Shown: one piece after another, positions 19,864 through 27,950 of the stretch | How the letters are laid out: each line of letters starts with the position of its first letter | Position numbering within the stretch: position 1 is the first letter of the stretch | Origin: an uncultured Gemmatimonadales bacterium | GTDB lineage: Bacteria; Gemmatimonadota; Gemmatimonadetes; Longimicrobiales; RSA9 | Direction of reading: 5' to 3' | Length of the DNA stretch: 64,000 bases | Assembly (NCBI GenBank): GCA_963741945.1 | Contig: CAVUKA010000001.1 | Coordinates: 32,001 to 96,000 of the forward strand | Notes under the pieces: model-generated | What the model saw: only the letters and a program-made list of their open reading frames with translations | The model's database searches: none | What the model was told of the DNA's origin: nothing | Position numbers and translations under genes: made by a program

Positions 19864-20688
19864 TCATGGCACCACGATCGTGCCGGACACGGGGGCACCC
19901 GCCAGGAGGCGGTCCAGTACACCCGGCGCGGCGCCCTGGCCGATCCACGACGGGATGCCGGCGCGGGCGAGGCCCAGGGCCGCATCCACACGGTGCCGCA
20001 TGCCTCCCGTCACATCCGGCGCGTCCGCGCCGCCAGCCGCCTGGAGCAGGAGATCGGCGTCCCCTACGGGGATCCGCTCCAGGACATCACCCTGCTGCGA
20101 CAGGACGCCGGCCGTGGCTCCGAGCCAGAGACAGCGACGAACGTGCCAGCCGGCCGCGCTCAGGGAGTCGGCCACAGCCCCCAGCGCCGTCTCGGTGGAG
20201 CAGATCGAGGCGCCCCGGACCCGGTCCAGCACGACATCGCCGTAGACAACGGGCATGAAGCCCCGCTCGAGAGCCATGCGAACGGTTCCGTCGTGGAAAT
20301 GCTCGATCCGTCCGTCCGAGGCCACAGCGATGGCCGAGGGCGGGATGGAGAAGGGCGCAGCGCCAGCCGAGAGCAGCGAATCCACCACGATCCTGTGGAG
20401 CTCGGCCGCCGCTCGCTGCACGCGGGCGACGTCGGCGGGGAGCGCCGGGGTGTCTCCGGGGCCGCCCTCGAGACCGCGAAGTCCGGCGTGCACGGCTTGC
20501 GGGTGCCCGAACGACCCGCTGCCGTGCCCCACCACGAGATGGTGCCCCGCGTCCCGGGCGCGGGCCAGCTGTTCGGCAAGGCGCCGGATGACGGCCGGGC
20601 GTGGCGTGCCCGGCGTCCGCTTGTCGGTGATCAGGCTGCCACCGAGCTTGACCAGGATGAGGTCCCGATCCACGTCTCCCCCCGTCAC
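19864..20688 (-). CDS. ipk: isopentenyl phosphate kinase (amino-acid kinase family)
   Basis: LVKLGGSLITDK, HGSGSFGH (IPK-diagnostic His), PVVYGDVV, ICSTE, DVTGGM. Confidence 0.88.
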   Translation of the reverse strand: MTGGDVDRDLILVKLGGSLITDKRTPGTPRPAVIRRLAEQLARARDAGHHLVVGHGSGSFGHPQAVHAGLRGLEGGPGDTPALPADVARVQRAAAELHRIVVDSLLSAGAAPFSIPPSAIAVASDGRIEHFHDGTVRMALERGFMPVVYGDVVLDRVRGASICSTETALGAVADSLSAAGWHVRRCLWLGATAGVLSQQGDVLERIPVGDADLLLQAAGGADAPDVTGGMRHRVDAALGLARAGIPSWIGQGAAPGVLDRLLAGAPVSGTIVVP

Positions 20689-21716
20689 AACAGGTGCTCC
20701 ACGGAGCCGGCGGGACCCTCGCCGACACGATCGCGGATGACGCGCTGCACACCCGCCACCCCCGCGAGACGGCGAGCCACGACGTCCTCCGCGTCCTGCT
20801 CGCAGAGAACGTGCACGTTCGGCCCCGCGTCCAGCGTGCTGAACGCGGGGACGCCATCGCGGCGGAGCGCCTCGACAGCTTCGAGCACGGCTACCGTGGC
20901 CGGACGCCAGTAGCGGATCGGTGGCCGCGAGGACATGGCAATGAGGTGGAGGTCCATCGCCTCCTCTTCCAGCATTTCGCCCAGCTGCGGGAAATCGCGC
21001 TGCCGGATGGCGTCGCGCACGCGAGACAGCCGACCATCCAGGAGCGCGAGGCGACGCTCAAAGTAGGGGCTGGTGAACGCGCGGCGGTGACCCTCGCGGG
21101 ATGAGACTTTCTTGGGCGCCGGATCGGCGATCGCGATCACGTCGGAGATTGCCCAGTGCGACGCGGGGGCCAGCAGCTCCAGCTCGGTGGCGCCCTGCGC
21201 GGACCCCGGCCGCCATTCCACGAAGCCGCCGACGACCGATCGGGCGGCGGAGCCGGAGCCGGAGGCGCGGGCCAGATCCGAGAGCCGGTCGGTATCCAGG
21301 TCCAGTCCGAATGCCTGCGTCGCCGCGTGCGTCACGGCGGCGAAGATCGCCGATGACGACGCCAGGCCGGCGGCCACCGGGAAGTCCACCCCTACGGCCA
21401 CGTCCGCCCCGCCCGCCCCGCCCGCGCGCTCCACGATGCCCCGGACGTGGGCGGCCACGGGGTCGCGCAGCGGGGGCGGGGCGTCGGTGAGCGGGTTTGC
21501 GCTGGATCGCCGGTGGCGGAAGATGCGAATGGATCCCCCCTGGCGGGGGCGCACCGTGCAGGTGGCGGTGCATTCGGTCAGCGTCATGGAGATGGACGGA
21601 TTGAGCGGCAGCCCTGCCCCGGGATCCCGTGATCCCCAGTACTTGATGAGCGCAATGTTGGCGGGAGCGGTCCACGTCGACACCTGGAGTGCGGGGCGTG
21701 CGCTCACGCCGCTCAT
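20685..21716 (-). CDS. mvaD: mevalonate (di)phosphate decarboxylase, probably mevalonate-5-phosphate specific
   Basis: APANIALIKYWG, PLNPSISMTL, GLASSS, SGSAARS, STLDAGPNVH. Confidence 0.9.
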   Translation of the reverse strand: MSGVSARPALQVSTWTAPANIALIKYWGSRDPGAGLPLNPSISMTLTECTATCTVRPRQGGSIRIFRHRRSSANPLTDAPPPLRDPVAAHVRGIVERAGGAGGADVAVGVDFPVAAGLASSSAIFAAVTHAATQAFGLDLDTDRLSDLARASGSGSAARSVVGGFVEWRPGSAQGATELELLAPASHWAISDVIAIADPAPKKVSSREGHRRAFTSPYFERRLALLDGRLSRVRDAIRQRDFPQLGEMLEEEAMDLHLIAMSSRPPIRYWRPATVAVLEAVEALRRDGVPAFSTLDAGPNVHVLCEQDAEDVVARRLAGVAGVQRVIRDRVGEGPAGSVEHLL

Positions 21717-22825
21717 GCGACCTCCAGCCCGGGGCCCCCGAACGCGGCATCGACCGGCCTGATGTCGCGCAGGAAGTCCCAGCCGGCAATGCGCCGCGGG
21801 TCCTCATGATGCACGAGGATCATCCCCGCCCCCAGGGCGCCATCGGTTCCGTCGCACAGGCCGCCCGCGCCGGAGACCTTGGCCGCGCCACCCTCGGCCT
21901 CGACCCGCCGGATGATTCGGGTGGCCGCGGGCGGGACCACACCCAGCGCTTCGAGGGCCGACTCGAACGACCTGACGGCCGCGCCCACGGCGGCCGGGTC
22001 GTGGCCCGTGGCGAGGCCGTTCGCGAATCCGCGGGCCAGCTCACCCATTCGCTCGAGCTCGGCCTCGAGCCCGCGGTCCGCTTCAAGGCGACGGCGGACC
22101 GCCGCCACCACCTCACCCGTCCCGTGCGCCGGGCAGCCGCTGTCGTACGCCCGGAAGTGGGCGAGAGCGCGCGGGTCCGCGGCCAGGGGGCGGAAGCGCA
22201 GCCTGGCCCCCGGCTCCGCCGCCTCGGCGCGAATGACGCCGCCCCGGAGGACCGTCGCCCCATCGATCCCGGAAGGCGACCCGTGCTGCCGCCGCTCGAC
22301 CTCATGCGCCGCCGCTTCGAGGTCGGACGAGGGCGGATCCACACCGGCGGCGGCGCACACCGCGGCGATCAGGGAGAGGGCCAGCGCGGCGGAGCTGCCC
22401 ATGCCGTGGCCCACGGGGATATCGCTGTCCACCAGCACCTCCAGCGGCGGCGGGGTCCGCCCGAGGAGGTCGACGGCCGTCCCCAACGCGACCAGGGCGA
22501 GGTAGTGCCCGTCGCCCGCGCTCCGGGCGTCGCCCGGACCAGCCTCTCCGGCGGTGCGCGCCGCCTCCGTCCAGGTGAGCGTGACCGGGCGTCCACCGGG
22601 CAGCCTCAGGACCAGGACCGCCTCGGCCGCGGCCGTCGCACTGGCGATGGGCCTGGCGCGAACGCGCAGGCGGCGCTGCACGGCGGCGGCCACGGCCGGG
22701 TGGCCGTAGACCACCGAATGCTCGCCCATGAGGATGAGCTTGCCTGGCGCGGACGCGGAGGCGTCGCGCGGGACGCCGGTGAGGCCAACCGGGTCGCGAC
22801 CGGACGCGGTCACCGGAGCGGTCAT
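21713..22825 (-). CDS. mvk: mevalonate kinase
   Basis: APGKLILMGEHSVVYG, PVGHGMGSSAA, HGSPSGID, KVSGAGG. Confidence 0.92.
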   Translation of the reverse strand: MTAPVTASGRDPVGLTGVPRDASASAPGKLILMGEHSVVYGHPAVAAAVQRRLRVRARPIASATAAAEAVLVLRLPGGRPVTLTWTEAARTAGEAGPGDARSAGDGHYLALVALGTAVDLLGRTPPPLEVLVDSDIPVGHGMGSSAALALSLIAAVCAAAGVDPPSSDLEAAAHEVERRQHGSPSGIDGATVLRGGVIRAEAAEPGARLRFRPLAADPRALAHFRAYDSGCPAHGTGEVVAAVRRRLEADRGLEAELERMGELARGFANGLATGHDPAAVGAAVRSFESALEALGVVPPAATRIIRRVEAEGGAAKVSGAGGLCDGTDGALGAGMILVHHEDPRRIAGWDFLRDIRPVDAAFGGPGLEVA

Positions 22826-22826
22826 C

Positions 22827-24185
22827 TCATCCGGCCAATTCCGCTTCCGCGGCCGTGCCCGCCCTGCCCAGGCGCTCGTGCGCCCTCGCCAGGTCGCGAG
22901 ACGTGAGGGCGGCCAGCAGCGAGAGCTCGCCCGCCAGGACGGTGGCGCCCAGCGCTTCGGCGAGCCGGAGCGCTCCGACTCCTGGATTGTCAGGATCGGG
23001 CAGAGCGCCGATCAGGGCGAGGGCCTCGTTCTGCGTGGCCAGCCCGGTGCCACCACCCACCACGCCCACGGGGGCATCGGGCATGGAGATGGACACATAG
23101 ACGGCATCGTCGCCGCGCGGCTCGATGCACGTGATCCCCAGCGCGGCTTCGGCCACCTGCGCGGGGTCCTGCCCCGTGGCAATGAACAGCGCGGCCGCCA
23201 GATTGGCGTAATGGGCGTTGAAGCCGAGGGAGCCGGCGGCCGCGGAGCCCAGCAGGTTCTTGCGATACTGCACCTCGACCAGCGGCGCGGCGCTCGTCTT
23301 CAGGTAGCGCTGCAGGATCTCGCCGCTCAGGACCACTTCGGCGAAAATCCGTTTCCCCCGTCCTTCCCGGGCGTTGATGGCGGACGGCTTCTTGTCCACG
23401 CCGTAGTTCCCGGACAGAGAAACGCACTCGGCGCCCGTGGCGGGCTCGATGAGCTCGGTCACGATCCGATCCGTGGCGATTGTGGCCATGTTCATCCCCA
23501 TGGCATCGGCCGTGGAGAAGCGGAAGCGGAGAAAGAGAGAGCTGCCCACGGCCTGGGAGCGCACATCCAGGAGTTGGATGTAGCGGCTGTCGCGCTCCGC
23601 CACCGCGCGCATCTCTTCGAGGTGGGACTCCACCCATGCTTCCACCCGGCGTGTGTGCTCGATGCCGTGGGTCCGGAACACGGGGGCCCGGGTCATGCCG
23701 ACGTCCTCGACCTCCACGGTGGCTCCGCCCGCGGCGCGGATCGCGGCGCAACCGCGGTTGGTGCTGGCGAGGAGGGCCCCTTCGGTGGTGGCGAGGGGGA
23801 CGAAGAGCGGCTCGCCGCGGCCGCGGATCGGCAGCGGCCCGACCACGCCCACGGGCACCTGCGCGACGCCCACGAAGTTCTCGCAGTTGTACCTGGCCGC
23901 GCGCTCGGCATCGAGGCTGTAGTGGCCCGTGTGGTCGAGCCTCACGCCCGTCATCCGGGTGAGAGCCTGACGGCGCAGATCGGCGGCGGTGGCGGCATCC
24001 ACGGTATCGGGGAGCCGGTGGAGCGCCCGCTTGCCTGTCGCCATGTCGTGGACGAGCGCTTCCTCGGCGGGGTGCCGCCTTTCCGGGCGGCGGCCGTTTC
24101 CATTGCCGTTGCCGTTTCCGTTTCCTGAGCCGTTGCGCAGGTGCGCCTCGGGCGGAGTCTTCGATACGGGAGTCCGTCGCTTCAT
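22827..24185 (-). CDS. hmgA: hydroxymethylglutaryl-CoA reductase, class I (NADPH)
   Basis: CENFVG, PLATTEGALLAS.NRG, DAMGMNM, SGNYGVDKKPS, ATGQD.AQ, GELSLLAAL..LARAH. Confidence 0.93.
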   Translation of the reverse strand: MKRRTPVSKTPPEAHLRNGSGNGNGNGNGNGRRPERRHPAEEALVHDMATGKRALHRLPDTVDAATAADLRRQALTRMTGVRLDHTGHYSLDAERAARYNCENFVGVAQVPVGVVGPLPIRGRGEPLFVPLATTEGALLASTNRGCAAIRAAGGATVEVEDVGMTRAPVFRTHGIEHTRRVEAWVESHLEEMRAVAERDSRYIQLLDVRSQAVGSSLFLRFRFSTADAMGMNMATIATDRIVTELIEPATGAECVSLSGNYGVDKKPSAINAREGRGKRIFAEVVLSGEILQRYLKTSAAPLVEVQYRKNLLGSAAAGSLGFNAHYANLAAALFIATGQDPAQVAEAALGITCIEPRGDDAVYVSISMPDAPVGVVGGGTGLATQNEALALIGALPDPDNPGVGALRLAEALGATVLAGELSLLAALTSRDLARAHERLGRAGTAAEAELAG

Positions 24186-25219
24186 GGCTGTACTTCCTTC
24201 CGGATGGCAATTCGGCTCAGTGCGCCCAGGTCCCCGGCGCCGCTGCAAAGCATGGCTACACGCAATTCCTGCACGATACGGCGGATCCGGTCTTCCACGG
24301 CGGCCGCGGACTCCCGGGCAGGTCCCAGGAACGGCTGGGCGAGTCCGGCGAGGGAAGCGCCCAGGGCCACGGCCTTGGCCACGTCAATGCCAGTGCGCAC
24401 ACCGCCACTGCCGATCACCGTGAGGCCCTCGATGGCGGCCACCTGTCGGATGGCGTCGGGCGTGGGAATTCCCCAGCCGGCGAAGCGCTCCCCGAGCTCC
24501 GCGTCGGGCGCGCGCCGGCTCTCGATGCGCGCCCAGCTGGTGCCGCCGAGACCGGCCACGTCCACGACAGTGACGCCCGCCTGCTGGAGCCGGGCCGCGA
24601 CGGGGCCGGAGATGCCGCAGCCGATCTCCTTGGCGATCACCGGGACATCGAGTCCGTCCACGACCTCGGCGATGCGGTCCAGGAGCCCGGTAAAATCCGT
24701 GTCTCCCTCGGGCTGGATCGCTTCCTGTAGGACATTCAGGTGGAGCACGAGGGCGTCCGCGCCGATCATCTCCACGGCCGCGCGGCACTCGTCCACGCCG
24801 TAGCCGTGGTTGAGCTGGACGGCGCCGAGGTTGGCGAGCAGCGGCACGTCCGGCGCCACGGCCCGGACCTGGAACGTCCACGCGAGCGATGGGTCCTCCA
24901 CGGCGGCGCGCTGGGAGCCCACGCCCATGGCAACGCCAGCGGCCTGGGCGGCGGCGGCCAGGTTGCGGTTGATCGAGCCGGCCTCCTCGGTGCCGCCGGT
25001 CATGCACGAGATCACCAGAGGGGCACGCAGAGGTCGACCGAGGAAGGTGGTGCTCGTGTCCACCCCGTTCAGCGCCAGGTCGGGCAGCGCGTCGTGCTCC
25101 AGCCGCCACTGGTCGAAGTAATGGGTCCCCAGCTGATTCCGTCCATCCTGCGCGAGGCGGAGATGCTCCGCCTTCCGCTGCGATGTCGCGGGCTGGAGGT
25201 CCTGCTCCACAGTACTCAT
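24182..25219 (-). CDS. fni: type 2 isopentenyl-diphosphate delta-isomerase
   Basis: RKAEHL, ISCMTGG, GVGSQR, NLGAVQL, HLNVLQEAIQPEGD, KEIGCG, GGTSWA, SGGVRTG. Confidence 0.95.
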   Translation of the reverse strand: MSTVEQDLQPATSQRKAEHLRLAQDGRNQLGTHYFDQWRLEHDALPDLALNGVDTSTTFLGRPLRAPLVISCMTGGTEEAGSINRNLAAAAQAAGVAMGVGSQRAAVEDPSLAWTFQVRAVAPDVPLLANLGAVQLNHGYGVDECRAAVEMIGADALVLHLNVLQEAIQPEGDTDFTGLLDRIAEVVDGLDVPVIAKEIGCGISGPVAARLQQAGVTVVDVAGLGGTSWARIESRRAPDAELGERFAGWGIPTPDAIRQVAAIEGLTVIGSGGVRTGIDVAKAVALGASLAGLAQPFLGPARESAAAVEDRIRRIVQELRVAMLCSGAGDLGALSRIAIRKEVQP

Positions 25220-25950
25220 GCTCGCTTTCCGCTCAGGCTTTCTTCTGTCCCGACAGCCGGTGCGGCTGCCGCAACGATCTTCGGGATGGCTCTGGCCAGC
25301 GCCCGGCCCCCGGCGCGGGCCCGGCGCGCCAGTCCCAGGAGTGCCGGGATGCGGCCGGGGTGACGCAGGGCGCCGAAGGCCACCGCGGACCGGGAAACCG
25401 CCCCATCCCCACCCTGCGGGGCCTCCAGCCACACGGGGAGGTAGTCATCCACCCCGTCGCTCACCGCCCGCACGGCCAGCCATGGTACACCCTCACCCTC
25501 CGCCGCGTCCACACACGCGGCGGTCTCCAGGTCCACCAACCCCGTAGCGGCGACAGGGATCCCCACGAGCCGGCGCATACGGTCCCGCTCCAGCGGCGTC
25601 CGCGCAAGACCGGTGGCGCTGACCAGAATGGCGTCGGCGAAGCCGGCGCGCCGCGCCCGGTCCAGGATCTCCGCTTCTGGCCGCCGAACGGGCCCGGCCA
25701 CGCGCCGGAGCTCACGGACCACCCGCACCTCCCCGGCGGCCACGGTCCGGGTAAGAGCGCCGGCCAACCCCGCCACCACGAGCAGTCGCGGCCGGTGCTC
25801 GGACAGCAGCCGGCGAGTGCTCGCGGCGGCGGCCCCCGCCCCGTCGCCCGTGGTCGCGACCACGATGTCCCGGTTCGCGCGGAGGGCCCGGCGCACGGGC
25901 CGGGCTTCCTCCGGCAGGGCGGTCACCACGAGCACCGGTCCCGGGGTCAT
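25216..25950 (-). CDS. hpnG: hopanoid-associated nucleoside phosphorylase (HpnG-like)
   Basis: PNP/MTAN motifs ALPEEA, GLAGAL, VDLETAA, VRAVSD; follows hpnH-hpnA; ATGA overlaps at both ends. Confidence 0.8.
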   Translation of the reverse strand: MTPGPVLVVTALPEEARPVRRALRANRDIVVATTGDGAGAAAASTRRLLSEHRPRLLVVAGLAGALTRTVAAGEVRVVRELRRVAGPVRRPEAEILDRARRAGFADAILVSATGLARTPLERDRMRRLVGIPVAATGLVDLETAACVDAAEGEGVPWLAVRAVSDGVDDYLPVWLEAPQGGDGAVSRSAVAFGALRHPGRIPALLGLARRARAGGRALARAIPKIVAAAAPAVGTEESLSGKRA

Positions 25951-26942
25951 GACGCATACCCCCGCTCCCGGAACCACTGGACCGCCCGCGCGGCGGCATC
26001 CTCCACCGGGTGCTGCGGCAATCCCAGCTCCCGCACGGCGCGGCTCGCGTCGAAGTACATGGGAAGCGCGGACATGCGCACCGCCTCCGCGGTGAGGCGT
26101 GGCTCCCGGCCGCGCACATTCGCCAGGGCGGTCTCGGCGTGGGCGGCCATGAGCGGCATCCAGCGCGGCACTCGCACCCGCGGCGGCTCGAGGCCGGCCA
26201 CCCGGGCCAGCATGGCGAACAGTTCCCGGAACGTGAAGTTGCGCGCGCCCAGAATGTAGCGGCGTCCGGGCGCGCCGTGCTCCTCGGCGAGAATGTGGCC
26301 AGCGGCAACATCCTTCACGTCCACCACATTCAGCCCACCTTCGACGTACGCGGGAATGCGGCCGTTGAGGAAGTCCACCACCATCCTGCCGGTGGGCGTC
26401 GGCTTGGCGTCCCACTCCCCGATCGGCGTGGACGGCGAGACGATGACCACGGGCAGGCCGCGGCGGTTCCAGGCCTCGGCAACCCGCTCCGCCTGGTACT
26501 TGCTCCGCTTGTACGCACCGACGAGCTCGTCGGGATCGGGAAGCGATTCCTCGTCGGCGGGCGACGCGGGCGTCTCGCCTCCCGCGAGCGCGCCCACGGA
26601 GCTCGTGTACACGACGCGCTTCACGCCGGCATCCGCGGCAGCCGCGAGCAGGGCGGCGGTCCCGTCCACGTTGGTGCGGAACACCTCGCGGGCGAGATGC
26701 GCGCCGAAGCGGTAGTCGGCGGCGCAGTGGAAGACGGTGCGCGCCCCGCTCACCGCCGGCGGCAGCGTCTCCGGGCGCGTGAGGTCGCCCTCGACCAGCT
26801 TGACGGGGAGCCCTTCCAGCGCCTCGCGGCTGCTGCCCGGGCGCACCAGGCAGCGCACCGGGTCGCCGCGGTCGACGAGCGCTCGCACCACGTGGGTTCC
26901 GATGAACCCTGTGCCGCCGGTTACGAAGACTGGGGCGGTCAC
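25947..26942 (-). CDS. hpnA: hopanoid-associated NAD-dependent epimerase/dehydratase
   Basis: VTGGTGFIG, FHCAADYR, YTSSV, YKRSK, PSTPIGEWDAKPTPTG. Confidence 0.9.
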   Translation of the reverse strand: MTAPVFVTGGTGFIGTHVVRALVDRGDPVRCLVRPGSSREALEGLPVKLVEGDLTRPETLPPAVSGARTVFHCAADYRFGAHLAREVFRTNVDGTAALLAAAADAGVKRVVYTSSVGALAGGETPASPADEESLPDPDELVGAYKRSKYQAERVAEAWNRRGLPVVIVSPSTPIGEWDAKPTPTGRMVVDFLNGRIPAYVEGGLNVVDVKDVAAGHILAEEHGAPGRRYILGARNFTFRELFAMLARVAGLEPPRVRVPRWMPLMAAHAETALANVRGREPRLTAEAVRMSALPMYFDASRAVRELGLPQHPVEDAAARAVQWFRERGYAS

Positions 26943-26948
26943 GTCGGC

Positions 26949-27950
26949 TCAAGCAGAGATCTGCCAGAGCGCCATCCTGGCGATGTCACGAGGGCTCCTG
27001 GACACCTCGCGCACGGCGGACGCTTCGAAGCCCGAGTGCATCTTGCAGTTCTGGCACCGGCGGTCCTGTCGCGACTCCCAGTACTCCCAGTCGGTGTTGT
27101 TCCAGAACTCGTCGAAATCGTCGTAGTAGTCCTGCCCGATCAGGTAGCAGGGCGCCTTCCAGCCGCGCGGCGTGTAGGTCACCGTGCTCCACGGCGAGCA
27201 GTCCAGGTCACGCAGGCCGGCGGCGAACTCCATGAAGACGGGCGTGGAGGTGATGGGGTAGCGATCGGCGAACTCGCGCACGCGCTTGAACTTCTCCTCG
27301 ATCTCCTGCCGCGTCATGAAGACGTCCTTCTCCACCGATTCGTAATGGTAACCCGGTGCGATCATCATCCCGTCCACGCCAAGGCTCGTGCACAGCTCGC
27401 AGAGCTCCTCGACCTCATCCACGTCCGTCTGCTTGTAGATCGTGGTGTTGGTCAACGTGTGATAGCCGCGCGCCTTGGACTCCTTGATCATCTCGATGGC
27501 ATGATCGAACACGCCTTCCCGATCCGTCACGAAGTCGTGGGTCTTCCGCATCCCGTCCAGGTGGATATCAATGCTCAGCCGCTTGTTGGGCGGGATCTTG
27601 TCGAAGACCTTGTCCAGCCGCAGCGCGTTCGTGCACAGGAAGATGTGTCGCTTCCGGTCGATGATGCCCTCGATCAGCTCCGGCAGCTCAGGATAGAGCG
27701 TGGGCTCGCCGCCGATCACGGAGACCGCAGGCGCGCCGCTGTCGTCCACAGCCTTCAGCGCCCGGTCCACGGACATGCGATCGGAAAGCTTGCCCGTGTG
27801 CCGCTCGAGGGCACACCCCACACACGCGAGATTGCAGGTGTAGAGCGGTTCGAGCATCAGCACGGATGGATAGCGCTTGTTCCTCTTCAGCGCATTGGAC
27901 ATCTGGTGCTTGATGTTGTCGGCGATCATGTGAGGCGGAAATCGCATCAT
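26949..27950 (-). CDS. hpnH: adenosyl-hopene transferase, radical SAM
   Basis: YPSVLMLEPLYTCNLACVGC (CxxxCxxC), GGEPT, CTNAL, CSPWS..TP.GWKAPCY, CQNCKMHSGFE. Confidence 0.92.
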   Translation of the reverse strand: MMRFPPHMIADNIKHQMSNALKRNKRYPSVLMLEPLYTCNLACVGCALERHTGKLSDRMSVDRALKAVDDSGAPAVSVIGGEPTLYPELPELIEGIIDRKRHIFLCTNALRLDKVFDKIPPNKRLSIDIHLDGMRKTHDFVTDREGVFDHAIEMIKESKARGYHTLTNTTIYKQTDVDEVEELCELCTSLGVDGMMIAPGYHYESVEKDVFMTRQEIEEKFKRVREFADRYPITSTPVFMEFAAGLRDLDCSPWSTVTYTPRGWKAPCYLIGQDYYDDFDEFWNNTDWEYWESRQDRRCQNCKMHSGFEASAVREVSRSPRDIARMALWQISA

